The notes: generated from the sequence alone by a model not told the origin. A stretch of 64,000 bases of DNA from Macrostomum hystrix (GCA_950097015.1 CATNEN010000034.1:1798001-1862000), one strand, 5' to 3'. Shown: positions 28,401-47,170, counted from the first letter of the stretch. Translations and numbers: made by a program.

Positions 28401-30767
28401 ATTAGTGACAGCTCCCTGTTTACATTAGTGACAGCTCCCTGTTTACATTAGTGGCAGCTCCCTGTTTACATTAGTGACAGCTCCCTGTTTACATTAGTGA
28501 CAGCTTCCTGTTTACACTAGTGACAGCTTCCTGTTTACACTAGTGACAGCTTCCTGTTTACATTAGTGACAGCTCCCTGTTTACATTAGTGACAGCTCCC
28601 TGTTTACACTAGTGACAGCTTCCTGTTTACACTAGTGACAGCTTCCTGTTTACACTAGTGACAGCTTCCTGTTTACACTAGTGACAGCTTCCTGTTTACA
28701 TTAGTGACAGCTTCCTGTTTACATTAGTGACAGCTTCCTGTTTACATTAGTGACAGCTTCCTGTTTACATTAGTGACAGCTTCCTGTTTACATTAGTGAC
28801 AGCTTCCTGTTTACATTAGTGACAGCTTCCTGTTTACATTAGTGACAGCTTCCTGTTTACATTAGTGATTTGCTTTATTATTATATTTTTTCAGTTTGCC
28901 TCTCAGAATCAAGATTTTGTTATAATTCTAGTGACTAAAATTGCGCCAGCCGATTCCGCCCTGATCCTGCTGCTGAAGGAGCTCACCAATAGTCACAATC
29001 TCAGGTGAGTAAGTTTCGAGCACAGAGTATTAAAATGTTCTTGACAACGTCCTCCAGATGTTGTTATAACAGCACGGCATGAATTTAAATTTGCAGCCAC
29101 GAGGAGCGCAAGCAGAGTCTGCAGCGGCTGCACGTGCTGATGCGGGAGAAAGCCATAGACAATTGGGATGAGTACTTCAAGTCTGTGCTGCTGGTGCTGC
29201 TCGAGACACTGGGCGACAACGAGGTGGGGGACTTTTGAAAGAGATGCTTTTAGAAATGACAGCATTTCGGAAAATACTGAATTCGGAAATTACTGAATTT
29301 GAGAAGCACACCAATTTAGATATTGCTGAATAACAGAAAGACATAAAAGTGCATCCCCTTCTCCACGGTAGAGCGACGTAAGAGCGGCCTCGCTGACAGC
29401 CCTGCAGGAGCTGCTGACAGCCCAGCCGGCCAGATTTTCCGACTTCCTCGAGCTGACGCTGCTGAAGATTCTGGAGGCGCACGCCGATGCCGACCGTGGC
29501 GTTGCCAGGGCCGCCGAAGGCTGCGCCAAAGTCGCCGCTGCCCGACTGCCGCCAGAGGCCTGCCTGCGTGCTCTGGCGCCGATTGCTCAGGTTGGACTCG
29601 CCCGCCTTCCATGGGCCCTTCATTCTACCCGCCCCTCCATTCTACCCGCCCCTCCATTCTACCCGCCCCTCCATTCTACCCGCCCCTTCACTCCATCCGC
29701 CCCTTCACTCCATCCGCCCCTTCATTCTACCCGCCCCTTCATTCTACCCGCCCCTTCATTCTACCTGCCCCTTCATTCTACCCGCCCCTCCATTCTACCC
29801 GCCCCTTCACTACATCCGCCCCTTCACTCCATCCGCCCCTTCACTCCATCCGCCCCTTCACTCCATCCGTCCCTTCACTCCATCCGCCCCTTCACTCCAT
29901 CCGCCCCTTCACTCCATCCGCCCCTTCACTCCATCCGCCCCTTCATTCTACCCGCCCCTTCATTCTACCCGCCCCTTCATTCTACCCGCCCCTTCATTCT
30001 ACCTGCCCCTTCATTCTACCTGCCCCTTCATTCTACCCGCCCCTCCATTCTACCCGCCCCTTCACTCCATCCGCCACTTCAAGTCCATCCGCCCCTTCAC
30101 TCCATCCGCCCCTTCACTTCATCCGCCACTTCAAGTCCATCCGCCCCTTCACTCCATCCGCCCCTTCACTCCATCCGCCCCTTCACTCCATCCGCCCCTT
30201 CACTCCATCCGTCCCTTCACTCCGTCCGCCACTTCACTCCATCCGCCCCTTCATTCTACCCGCCCCTTCATTCTACCCGCCCCTTCATTCTACCTGCCCC
30301 TTCATTCTACCTGCCCCTTCATTCTACCCGCCCCTCCACTCCATCCGCCCCTTCACTGAATCCACCCCTTCACTCCATCCGCCCCTTCACTCCATCCGCC
30401 CCTTCACTGAATCCGCCCCTTCACTCCATCCGCCCCTTCACTCCATCCGCCCCTTCACTAACTACAGGACTCCACAACGGCCGCAGTCACGCTGGCCGCC
30501 TTGAAAGCTGAGACTCGGCTGACTCAGTCGGCCGACTCTGAGCAGCTTCGCCGGCAGCTCACCGACCTCTGTCCGGGCCTCGTGCGCTGCTGCGATCATC
30601 CCGAGTCGGCGGTGCGCAAGGCCGCCATCTTCTGCTTGGTGCAGCTCTACCTGCGCGTCGGCGAATGCCTTCTGCTGCACCTGACAGAGCTCAGCGCCAC
30701 CAGGAAGCGCCTACTGCAGCTGTACATCTGCAGGGCCAGCGCCGGAGACGGTCAGGAACAGGGCTGA
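16500..30767 (+). CDS. CLASP: CLASP (CLIP-associating protein, MAST/Orbit), about 1063 aa, lacking a recognisable TOG1
   Basis: Exons are 16500-16575, 18325-18389, 18534-18743, 19143-19665, 20389-20984, 21344-21385, 26489-26721, 27094-27543, 28081-28358, 28932-29004, 29097-29223, 29372-29590 and 30468-30767, with consistent phases. An optional cassette lies at 25536-25667. Motifs are [39 protein letters not shown] (TOG2), SRETSP/SREASP and SGIP (SxIP), [17 protein letters not shown] and [14 protein letters not shown] (TOG3), and [25 protein letters not shown] and [16 protein letters not shown] (CLIP-binding domain). The true 5' end is uncertain. Confidence 0.92.
18750..19126. repeat. 39-bp minisatellite (two variant blocks) filling CLASP intron 3
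   Basis: Units translate as [13 protein letters not shown] (x3) and [13 protein letters not shown] (x6). Confidence 0.9.
19752..20345. repeat. 20-bp minisatellite (ATTTAGATGGGTCAGGATCA)n in CLASP intron 4
   Basis: About 29 units. Confidence 0.95.
21058..21219. repeat. 18-bp minisatellite (GAGATTTGGTACAAGACT)n in CLASP intron 5
   Basis: About 8-9 units. Confidence 0.88.
21900..25505. repeat. 3.6-kb minisatellite of 18/19-bp variants CTCCCAGTCTGATCCC(AAA/CAT/AT) in CLASP intron 6
   Basis: About 190 units; explains the three 1170-1234 aa minus-strand junk ORFs. Confidence 0.97.
26110..26455. repeat. 12-bp minisatellite (TGTCACTCGAGC)n
   Basis: Degenerate tandem units upstream of the TOG3 exon acceptor. 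Confidence 0.88.
26750..27060. repeat. 15-bp minisatellite (GAAATCCCATTCCAT)n in a CLASP intron
   Basis: About 20 degenerate units. Confidence 0.9.
27612..28045. repeat. 19-bp minisatellite (CTCTGTCCTTCTCCCTACC)n in a CLASP intron
   Basis: About 22 units. Confidence 0.92.
28372..28868. repeat. 23-bp minisatellite (GTGACAGCTTCCTGTTTACATTA)n in a CLASP intron
   Basis: About 21 units starting just after the donor site. Confidence 0.94.
29615..30458. repeat. 17-bp minisatellite (CCGCCCCTTCACTCCAT / CCGCCCCTTCATTCTAC)n in the last CLASP intron
   Basis: About 49 units of two interspersed variants. Confidence 0.94.
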
Positions 30768-32023
30768 CAGCTGATGAACTTCTTGCAGCTCCTATTTTCA
30801 GCGAATAGTCACGTTGAGCATGCATACTTTTAACAGTTTCATTATTATTAAATTTTCTTTGTACTTTTAATTTAATTAATCTTTACAACGGAAATCGCAT
30901 ATGTACTGAGCACTTTTTAATGTACTTTTTATATTAACATATACTGCGTGAAGCTTGTTTTGTACTCATAGATGCACTTTTACCGGGCACTTATACTATG
31001 CACTTAAGCATGTACTTTTACTGTGTACTTCCTTCTGTGTACTTTCCCAGTGTTGTTCTATATCGTATTGTGTACTTCTCTGTGTCATTTTATTTTCTTC
31101 CATCGAGGCTTGCAAACTGCTCTGCTGTATACTCGTAAGTCTATCTTCCTACTCTATGGAATCATTTGTTAAGATTCTATTCTCATGTCAATTTCACTCA
31201 TCTATGCTCACATCGCGACATCGGTAAAATTCGCCTAGCCAACCATCGCCTGTGATTTGAAAAGCAGTTATTCTCCAGAATCGAATATTATTGATTTTCA
31301 TTTTGCGTTTGTGATCTCAGAATATTAGAATCGGGTCATATTTTTTGTCTGTTTTTTCAGCTATAAAAATAGATAAACATTTTTCCGAATTTTAGAATGA
31401 CTAGTTTTTTTCTACATCTATTAACAGTAATGTAGAAAGATCACGGGGTTCAACATTTTCAGCCCTTTACGATGAACTAACTAACCAAGCTCTTTCCTTG
31501 GTTTTGGATTTTTATCCAGAACAATGGCAATTAGTTTAATATTTTTGGTGATTCATAGAAAAGCTGTTTGCATTTGAAATACCCCCTGATCTTTCTACTT
31601 TCTAAAGTTAATTTATAATCTATCTGCTTTGAGTCGGCTAAGTTAATTTTTCTGATTTAAGTTGTTTTTTTGTCCACATAACAGACGAGAGTCACAGCAA
31701 AATGTTTATTGAATGGATCTGGGTTTTTTATGATTTAACTTGAGCTCACAAACAGCTATCCGATGCATTGTGTTGATTTTAATATTTTGTTGTTACACAC
31801 CGATTTACAATTAACCTACCTTAGCTTTGCTATTGTTACTACTTACTAAGTATTAAGCATCGCTACTCGATTTAACCTCACCACAATGATTGGATAACAG
31901 ATTTTTTATTTTTAGCCTCAATGTGATACAAAATTCTCAACTATAATTTCTAGTATTGACACCATTCCCTCACAAGACAATTGAAAAAAGTTTAATGTTT
32001 GTGTCCCTATTAGAATTATATGG

Positions 32024-32307
32024 GTCCTGACCTTGGTCCTGACCTTGGTCCTGACCTTGGTCCTGACCTTGGTCCTGACCTTGGTCCTGACCTTGGTCCT
32101 GACCTTGGTCCTGACCTTGGTCCTGACCTTGGTCCTGACCTTGGTCCTGACCTTGGTCCTGACCTTGGTCCTGACCTTGGTCCTGACCTTGGTCCTGACC
32201 TTGGTCCTGACCTTGGTCCTGACCTTGGTCCTGACCTTGGTCCTGACCTTGGTCCTGACCTTGGTCCTGACCTTGGTCCTGACCTTGGTTCTGACCTTGG
32301 TTCTGAC
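32024..32307. repeat. 12-bp minisatellite (CCTGACCTTGGT)n
   Basis: About 23 near-perfect units. Confidence 0.96.
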
Positions 32308-32751
32308 AGTTATTTTATTTCTTTGTCAAAATATTAATCGACCAGTTTCTTTATAGCTTAAACACTTTAAAAAAGCAGGCAACCTTTTACATTTCTAAAA
32401 AATGTTTATCGACTTTTATGCTACTAGTGGATGTTAGTACGAATCACGCATTGACCAAGGCGAAATGAATCCTTGCCTAAAATGATATTACAATTACTAT
32501 TATACCTATTGTTATTACTGTTATTATGTTTTATTTTACTGTCCCACTACCCGACTCCTTTGAGCTTCAGTTTTTAAACAAGCTTCTTTTAAAAAACAGA
32601 AAAGTATTTCTAGTGCATATTGCAACAAATATATATTTATGTGTTGTTAAGGTATGAACCAGGAGTTTGCTTTTGATCGAAAAACAATTAATGTGATGGA
32701 CTAAATCTGATTGTTATATTTCAATTTAATAGCTACAACCGCTTTCGAAAA

Positions 32752-33900
32752 ATTTAATCTGACATTAAGGAAACTATATCTGACATTAAGGAAACTAAAT
32801 CGGACATTAAGGAAACTATATCTGACATTAAGGAAACTAAATCGGACATTAAGGAAACTATATCTGACATTAAGGAAACTAAATCTGACATTAAGGAAAC
32901 TATATCTGACATTAAGGAAACTATATCTGACATTAAGGAAACTATATCTGACATTAAGGAAACTATATCTGACATTAAGGAAACTATGTCTGACATTAAG
33001 GAAACTATATCTGACATTAAGGAAACTAAATCTGACAGCTAGGAAACTAAATCTGACAGCTAGGAAACTAAATCTGACAGCTAGGAAACTAAATCTGACA
33101 GCTAGGAAACTAAATCTGACAGCTGGGAAACTAAATCTGACAGCTAGGAAACTAAATCTGACAGCTGGGAAACTAAATCTGACAGCTAGAAAACTAAATC
33201 TGACAGCTGGGAAACTAAATCTGACAGCTAGAAAACTAAATCTGACAGCTAGGAAACTAAATCTGACAACTAGGAAACTAAATCTGACAACTAGGAAACT
33301 AAATCTGACAGCTAGGAAACTAAATCTGACAGCTGTGAAACTAAATCTGACAGCTAGGAAACTAAATCTGACAGCTAGGAAACTAAATCTGACAACTAGG
33401 AAACTAAATCTGACAACTAGGAAACTAAATCTGACAGCTAGGAAACTAAATTTGACAACTAGGAAACTAAATTTGACAACTAGGAAACTAAATTTGACAA
33501 CTAGGAAACTAAATTTGACAACTAGGAAACTAAATCTGACAACTAGGAAAATAAATCTGACAGCTAGGAAACTAAATCTGACAGCCAGGAAACCAAATCT
33601 GACAGCCAGGAAACAAAATCTGACAGCTAGGAAACTAAATCTGACAGCTATAAAACAAAATCTGACATCCAGAAAACGAAATCTGACAGCTATAAAACAA
33701 AATCTGACATCAAGAAAGCTAAATCTGACAGCTATAAAACAAAATCTGACATCAAGAAAACAAAATCTGACAGCAAGAAAACTAAATCTGACAGCTATAA
33801 AACTAAATCTGACAGCTATAAATCTAAATCTGACAGCAAGAAAACTAAATCTGACAGCAAGAAAACTAAATCTGACAGCTATAAAACAAAATCTGACATG
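32752..33900. repeat. 21-bp minisatellite (GGAAACTAAATCTGACAGCTA)n with a variant gradient
   Basis: About 55 units; variants change progressively along the array. Confidence 0.95.
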
Positions 33901-34705
33901 AAGAAAACATAATCTGGGAGACATCAAGGAAATTAAACCTAGACAGTTGAAATGAGTTGACATCAGTACTGTCTTTAGTTCCAATTGCCAACTCAAATCT
34001 AAATGCGTCATTTCCGTGCATTCCAACGCAATGTACAAAAAGTTTCGTTAAAAGCAAGTGAAAAGCTAATTTACCAGAGACCAACTAACGCCCCGTTGAG
34101 AGCAGCAGGGTCTGCGACTCTGAAAACAATGCCCTGTGGCTCTGAGCACACATGAGCACACCCTTATCTACCGCCTAGGGAAATAGACCTTTGTCCAGGT
34201 GAGACCTCTGACTAGGATCAGTGAATTATCCCATTACTGCAGTCTTCAACAAATGAAGGGATAATTCTCCCACCGGGTGTCAGCGGGTGATACCGCAAGA
34301 TTAGCAGAGGCTTGGCCGGGTTGGTTCCCACATCCCGACCTGGAGCCAGCTGGGCGCGCAAATTGCAGTATTATGCAGACTGCGGCATTTTGGCATCTTA
34401 CTCTGGCTAAGCATTTTGTAACGCCTTTTAACAGCTATTCACAGCTGCGCTTTGGTTTGACCTGTGATAGATAACATTGTGGGTTCTATCGGCCTTTTCT
34501 GTCCGCACATATTATCACAGAAAATATAGTAGACTGATAAGAGAAAAGAGAAATGAGACATGTATAGCATGAGACAGAGATCAGATAGGTAAGAGATAAG
34601 ACAGGTGAGAGATCAGATTGGTTAAAGATGAGACAAGTACAAATTAGACAGAGTAGAGATGAGACACCATAAACATGAGACCCAGTAGAGATGTTACAGG
34701 GAAGA

Positions 34706-35158
34706 GATAAGACAGGGGAGAGATGAGACAGGGGAGAGATGAGACAGGGGAGAGATGAGACAGGGAAGAGATGAGACAGGGAAGAGATGAGACAGGGGAG
34801 AGATGAGACAGGGGAGAGATGAGACAGGGGAGAGATGAGACAGGGGAGAGATGAGACAGGGGAGAGATGAGACAGGGGAGAGATGAGACAGGGGAGAGAT
34901 GAGACAGGGGAGAGATGAGACAGGGGAGAGATGAGACAGGGGAGAGATGAGACAGGGGAGAGATGAGGCAGGGAGAGATGAGACGGGAGAGAGTTGAGGC
35001 GGGGAGAGATGAGACGGGAGAGTTGAGGCAGGAGAGAGAGGAGACAGGGGAGAGATGAGACATGGAAGAGAAGATGTGACAGGAGAGAGATGAGACGGGA
35101 GAGAGATGAGACTAAGTAGAGATGAGACGAGAGAGATGAGACAGGGGAGAGATGAGAT
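34706..35158. repeat. 16-bp minisatellite (GAGATGAGACAGGGGA)n
   Basis: Reverse-complement relative of the 9929-11080 array. Confidence 0.92.
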
Positions 35159-35852
35159 TGTTTTCTCGCCTAATTTAGTATTTTTATCGCCTCTGTGTTC
35201 TGTAGATTTACAGCAGATTGCCTTAAAATAATTACCAAGATAAGAAAAGTTACCATCTGCGAAACTGTGTCCTAACCACAGTCACTGGACCGTGTCAGCA
35301 ACTGTCAGAATTCTCGTTTCCGAGGGTGTCCATGACAACCTATGGATATCTGCTGCATTTCGGTGCCACAGTTGGCGCTTGTGTAGCTTGCACTTGGCAA
35401 ATGCACAGCTGTCAGATGCTCAATTACTCGTAATTTAGAACGTGTTGCTCATATCACTAAAAGCAAGAAGTTGATCAGTTTCTTCACCTCTCCACCGATT
35501 AAATAATTGCTTTACTCCATTGCATACAACGAGGCTATGTGGAAATTGCGTCACTGACTTTCTTAGAAACTGGAATTCCAATCTAAAATATCATATTTCC
35601 GATCGTGACCGTTGCTATATTCTGTTAAATTAAGTCCGTAGCTTATGGTTTTGAAACTAAATGAATGAGCAATGAATGAGCACAGCTGGACTCAGTAAAG
35701 CATTTCACTCAAAACTGAAATTGTAAATTGTGAAATTTTGCCTTGTCAGAAAGATTGGAATGGATTTCTGAGCATGCTAAATAGTCCAATTACCTATCTT
35801 TCTTTGTACAGGAATCCGCACCTGTAAGCCATCATTCTCTCAAGATCAACAC

Positions 35853-37645
35853 CCATCTCACATCCGCTCTCTCCCATCTCACATCCGCTCTCTCCCATCT
35901 CACATCCGCTCTCTCCCATCTCACATCCACTCTCTCCCATCTCACATCCGCTCTCTCCCATCTCACATCCACTCTCGCCCATCTCACATCCGCTCTCTCC
36001 CATCTCAAACACGCCCTCTCTCATCTCACACACGCCCTCTCTCATCTCACACACGCCCTCTCTCATCTCACACACGCTCACTCCCATCTCACATCCGCCC
36101 TCTCCCATCTCACATCCGCTCTCTCCCATCTCACACCCGCTCTCTCCCATCTCACATCCACTCTCTCCCGTCTCACATCCGCTCTCTCCCATTTCACATC
36201 CGCTCTCTCTCATCTCACACACGCCCTCTCTCATCTCACACACGCTCACTCCCATCTCACATCCGCCCTCTCCCATCTCACATCCGCTCTCTCCCATCTC
36301 ACACCCGCTCTCTCCCATCTCACATCCACTCTCTCCCGTCTCACATCCGCTCTCTCCCATTTCACATCCGCTCTCTCTCATCTCACACACGCCCTCTCTC
36401 ATCTCACACACGCTCACTCCCATCTCACATCCGCCCTCTCCCATCTCACATCCGCCCTCTCCCATCTCACATCCGCTCTCTCCCATCTCACATCCGCTCT
36501 CTCCCATCTCACACCCGCTCTCTCCCATCTCACATCCACTCTCTCCCGTCTCACATCCGCTCTCTCCCATCTCACATCCACTCTCGCCCATCTCACATCC
36601 GCTCTCTCCCATCTCAAACACGCCCTCTCTCATCTCACACACGCCCTCTCTCATCTCACACACGCCCTCTCTCATCTCACACACGCTCACTCCCATCTCA
36701 CATCCGCCCTCTCCCATCTCACATCCGCTCTCTCCCATCTCACACCCGCTCTCTCCCATCTCACATCCACTCTCTCCCGTCTCACATCCGCTCTCTCCCA
36801 TTTCACATCCGCTCTCTCTCATCTCACACACGCCCTCTCTCATCTCACACACGCTCACTCCCATCTCACATCCGCCCTCTCCCATCTCACATCCGCTCTC
36901 TCCCATCTCACACCCGCTCTCTCCCATCTCACATCCACTCTCTCCCGTCTCACATCCGCTCTCTCCCATTTCACATCCGCTCTCTCTCATCTCACACACG
37001 CCCTCTCTCATCTCACACACGCTCACTCCCATCTCACATCCGCCCTCTCCCATCTCACATCCGCCCTCTCCCATCTCACATCCGCTCTCTCCCATCTCAC
37101 ATCCGCTCTCTCCCATCTCACACCCGCTCTCTCCCATCTCACATCCACTCTCTCCCGTCTCACATCCGCTCTCTCCCATCTCACATCCACTCTCGCCCAT
37201 CTCACATCCGCTCTCTCCCATCTCAAACACGCCCTCTCTCATCTCACACACGCCCTCTCTCATCTCACACACGCCCTCTCTCATCTCACACACGCTCACT
37301 CCCATCTCACATCCGCCCTCTCCCATCTCACATCCGCTCTCTCCCATCTCACACCCGCTCTCTCCCATCTCACATCCACTCTCTCCCGTCTCACATCCGC
37401 TCTCTCCCATTTCACATCCGCTCTCTCTCATCTCACACACGCCCTCTCTCATCTCACACACGCTCACTCCCATCTCACATCCGCCCTCTCCCATCTCACA
37501 TCCGCTCTCTCCCATCTCACACCCGCTCTCTCCCATCTCACATCCGCTCTCTCCCATCTCACATCCGCTCTCTCCCATCTCACATCGGCTCTCTCCCATC
37601 TCACATCCGCCCTCTCCCATCTCACATCCACTCTCTCCCTTCTCA
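35853..37645. repeat. 21-bp minisatellite (CCATCTCACATCCGCTCTCTC)n with a 609-bp higher-order repeat
   Basis: About 85 units; a rare TCAAAC variant recurs at about 36007, 36616 and 37225 (period 609 = 29 x 21). Confidence 0.95.
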
Positions 37646-38035
37646 CAGGCCCTTCAACTTTCCGTAGTTGAACTAGTTGAACTTAAACTACCCTCAATGT
37701 CCCATTGCGTCTCCCCGACTGCCACAGCGGAGGCCGGCATCCTGGAATCTCCCTTAACCGTGGGACGCAGCTCAGGTGAAACAGCCGCAGGGCTGACACA
37801 CTGCTTCAGCTTGGCTGAGTTTCAGTGCCAACAATGAGCAGGTAATGAGCACAGTCGATTAGTGAGTAGCCTGTGACCTGGCATTGTTCTTTAACTCATT
37901 GTTGGTGTTTGGGATTCTGTGGCGCGTATGGGAATTCGATTATCGAGAAGCCTGGGAGAGCCGCTGACCGCAAGGGCTGCTCGATCTGTGAGTCCGTTGC
38001 GCAACCTTGGGAGACTGAGCACAGCTTGAACTCGA

Positions 38036-38447
38036 GGAGAGGCAGAGGCAGAGGTAGAGGGAGAGGGAGGGGGAGAGGGAGAGGGAGAGGGAGAGGGAGA
38101 GGGAGAGGGAGAGAGAGAGAGAGAGGGAGAGGGAGAGAGAGAGGGAGAGGGAGAGGGAGAGGGAGAGGGAGAGGGAGAGGGAGAGGGAGAGGGAGAGGGA
38201 GAGGGAGAGGGAGAGGGAGAGGGAGAGGGAGAGGGAGAGGGAGAGGGAGAGGGAGAGGGAGAGGGAGAGGGAGAGGGAGAGGGAGAGGGAGAGGGAGAGG
38301 GAGAGGGAGAGGGAGAGGGAGAGGGAGAGGGAGAGGGAGAGGGAGAGGGAGAGGGAGAGGGAGAGGGAGAGGGAGAGGGAGAGGGAGAGGGAGAGGGAGA
38401 GGGAGAGGGAGAGGGAGAGGGAGAGGGATAGTGAGAGAGAGAGAGGG
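38036..38447. repeat. (GGGAGA)n hexamer tract
   Basis: Near-perfect hexamer run; homolog of 13333-14245. Confidence 0.95.
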
Positions 38448-38982
38448 AGATTGATAAGGAGAAGGTGGAGACTGGATCGCAGACCAGATTGCCAATTCAT
38501 TGTCATCCCATATTATCTCATGACTTTCAGTCCCTGTTCCAAAGTCTGAACGCCCCAAATTCGCTACGCCCCATCGATAAGTTATTTTAATTTCGCCTGA
38601 CTCCAAAAACACTATAATTGAGCACAATGAGCACGTGCTCAGCCACGAACTGCTTCCGTAGACCTGACTGTAGCGCAACAAATATTTAATGAGGCGGCAG
38701 CTGCCCTCGCCGTCAACCAACAGTCAGCGGGGCTGGCTGAGCAGGTATTTTGTGATCATAACTTGAGATTACTCATTCATTTGGTACATGATTGTGAGCT
38801 CAACTTTGGTGTCCCAGAATCCATTGCCACATCAGCCACAGACAGTTTGTGATGGGCATCTGGAACTCAACTGTGTCATTCATCCGGAGCTGCTCAAAAT
38901 AACAATAGCCTGCTCAAATGCTATCTGAGACCTACAGCTAAAATGATCTTTGTGGAGGTCTTTGTAGCTGTTGTAACAGACC

Positions 38983-39258
38983 ATTCTCACAGTCTCCCAT
39001 TCTCACAGTCTCCCATTCTCACAGTCTCCCATTCTCACAGTCTCCCATTCTCACAGTCTCCCATTCTCACAGTCTCCCATTCTCACAGTCTCCCATTCTC
39101 ACAGTCTCCCATTCTCACAGTCTCCCATTCTCACAGTCTCCCATTCTCACAGTCTCCCATTCTCACAGTCTCCCATTCTCACAGTCTCCCATTCTCACAG
39201 TCTCCCATTCTCACAGTCTCCCATTCTCACAGTCTCCCATTCTCACAGTCTCCCATTC
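38983..39258. repeat. 16-bp minisatellite (TCACAGTCTCCCATTC)n
   Basis: Inverted homolog of 12486-12792. Confidence 0.93.
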
Positions 39259-40699
39259 ACCATTCGCATTGTTTTTTATGTCACTGCCTTTTTAAACACA
39301 AATATTTAATTTTTGCTTGTATCCCCGCTCACAAATTGACTCTCATTCTGTCTCCATGCCAGTGTGACCCAGTGCTTCCTCATAGAAGGCCAAAGTTGTG
39401 CTCAAGACTGCTCAAGCAGTCCGAGGCTCAGCAGCTCCAGGCTGTGCTCATCGCCAGACGGCCTGGAGACTGAGTGCAGTGCATTGTGTTGCGCAACAGC
39501 AGAGTCTGGGGCAGGTCCGCTGACTTCCTCCGTAATCAAATTTGACAAGCACGGCTGCTTGCAGAAGAATAACTTTGCAAAATTCTTCTTTGAAATTCTC
39601 TTCAGGCGGAAAGGAAATGCACAAACAAACAGAACATTCAGAGCTTGTCTGCTGATCACCTCAGCGGCATTGCCCTTTGGCTATTGGGGATGTGCAAGAG
39701 TCTATTGTGCTTTTTCTAGGGCCTCTGTGGATGGGATCTGTGTTTTGGGATCTGCGTTTTGACATGCCGATGCGAAATTTGTATTTTAGAGAATTTAAAT
39801 TGAAATAAAACATTTTAAATTATTGCCTTTTTTGAGAACCGTATCATTTGGAGGTCATTCAGGGGGTCATAACCAAATTAATTTATTGGGTCATATTCAA
39901 TATAATTCAGTAGGTCATATGCAATGTCATTTACTGGGTCATGAAATTGTTCATTTACACGAATAAGGCACAATCCAGCTTGTCATAACTGATGGGTCAT
40001 TCATTTGGCCATTGCCGATGTTCTGTCATAATCCCGGTCATTAAGTGAATCATGTTAAATGTTTTTGGATTTTATGTTCATTTTGTGTTCACCTGACTTG
40101 CTAAGTCCAACAGGTTCATAAACCAGTAAACTAATTGTTGATACTGCCACAATGAAAAAAACAATTTCACCTCACTCAATGTGATAACCATTTTCACGTG
40201 TTCTTTCCTGTGAATGTACCAAATTCATCACAGCCGCATATGCATGGCCTGCAGGCACAGCTAACATTCAATTTGAGGTGACATTCCTGAGCCACCTTTG
40301 AGGTGCTCAAACTCACCTAGCCACCTACAGAGCCGTCACTGAGGGGGGTGCGGCAAGAGGGTTGCAGTTTGTCTTCTAGAAGAGAGGGAAAAAATTAACT
40401 GACTGGCCCCGCTGCGGTGCAAATTGGATAATTTGGGCAAGAAATACCAGAAAGCTCGCTTCCAGCAGGTGTGAACGGTCGGTTCGAGCTCTATTTGATC
40501 TTACTCAATCAAGTTTAAATTGAAATAGAACAAATTATCCCATAAAATTTCCTTCACTCCTCCCCCCTAGGGCGATGAGAAGAATCTTTATTGCGGTCTC
40601 TGTATCACCTGAAGGCGGTGACGCAATCCAACTGCACCCACCTGTGCGCGGGCTGAAGGAGACGGAGAGAGAGCAAGATAAGAGTTCCGACCGGCCCAA

Positions 40700-40795
40700 C
40701 CAATAGCGCGCCACCTGGCTCTCTGATTGGTCCTGACTGGCAGCTCTCTCACCTCCTCCTTCGCTCTCGCCCTCATTCTCTCCGGCGCATAAAAA
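40700..40795 (+). promoter_or_regulatory. Putative ovo copy 2 core promoter: CCAAT-N21-ATTGG pair plus CATAAAA TATA-like element
   Basis: CCAAT is at 40700-40704, ATTGG at 40726-40730 and CATAAAA at 40788, about 127 nt upstream of the ATG. Confidence 0.5.
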
Positions 40796-40914
40796 TACTT
40801 CCGTCTGGAGAAATGAAAGAGTCCAGTAATTAAAGCAAGAATTCATTTAGCAATCGGAGAGATTTCAAAGAGTCACAATCTACATTGACAGCAGTTCGAT
40901 TCTTTCGAAGAGCC

Positions 40915-46066
<5,152 letters not shown>

Positions 46067-47170
46067 GCGGCACCGACTCCAACTGATTGGCCACCAGATC
46101 GATCGATCGACTCGGCGGACGAGCGGCTGCGACGAGTGATTTCAGGTTTCTGTTCTTTTTTTCCGGGTTTTTTTAGGATTCGGGTTGTCAGTTTCAAACA
46201 AAAAGTCGAATCGTTACTCTCAGCCTTTCAACACAATTCTATTTTCAATTGTTTTGTTTCAGCTTTGCGGTTGATTTTTTTGTCAACGCCAGTAATTTCT
46301 CACTGCTGGTTTTAAATTCATTTTCCCGAAGCAGCATTTGTTAGTCTTCATGTCAGCGACATTTTATTTTTTTTCGCTTTCAAATGCCAAATTCTTCGTA
46401 GCTGTCAATTTTCAGCGCTTTGTGCTCAATTGTGAAATTTACGATTTGTTTTGCTTCAGATTTTCAGATGGATTTTTTTAGATTTTTCTACAGTTTACAC
46501 GGCATATTCTCGTCTTCTACTGGACTGAGTAGCATAAGCATCGTTTTCGATTTTTCTTCAAACACTCGTTTTATTTTCGCAAAATTTTCTCGCTTTCAAA
46601 TGAAAAAAATCTTGCACCTCGAAATTAGTTTTGCAAAACAAATGGAATATTGTGTACCAGTTTTATTTTTTCCGAAATTCGTCTTTTAGAAATCGTTCCT
46701 CGTTCGCTTCTCGTTTTCTTCGTCGTTGTTCAAGTCGATCGATCGCATCAGGAGACCAATTTCGTGTATTTCAGTTTTTTTACCATAGACTACTCTAGCT
46801 TATCTCGCGTACAGTTTCAATTTGCGCATATTGTTTCTTTGTCATTAGATTTTTGTTTAAAAAGAAAAAAGTAAAAAATATATAGTGTACTCGTATTCAC
46901 AATGTCTTTGTGCCTGATGCAAATGTGGTATGTGTTAAACAGCCAATAAGAAAATTTAAGCGCAATTGGCTTCCCGTGTTTTGTTTTTTATCTTGAAATG
47001 ACTTAACAGTTTGACTCCCGAGCCATTTTGCCACCCTGTTTTTATACCCTGACAATGATTTGTGCTGCACTTATACGGAACAACATGAGCACACAGGAAA
47101 CTCAAGAACACGGGCTAACTATTTCATTGCGCCTCAGTGCGGCCTTGACAGGCCTTCAAACTTAATCAGA

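Noticed and set aside
28372-28868. Regular 20-39 bp repeats superficially like CRISPR arrays
   Set aside because: No unique spacers and no cas genes; eukaryotic intron context.
40813-40833. uORF MKESSN upstream of ovo copy 2 (considered as a pri/tal-like peptide)
   Set aside because: Probably at or upstream of the TSS implied by the TATA-like element, absent from copy 1, and lacking the LDPTGxY motif.
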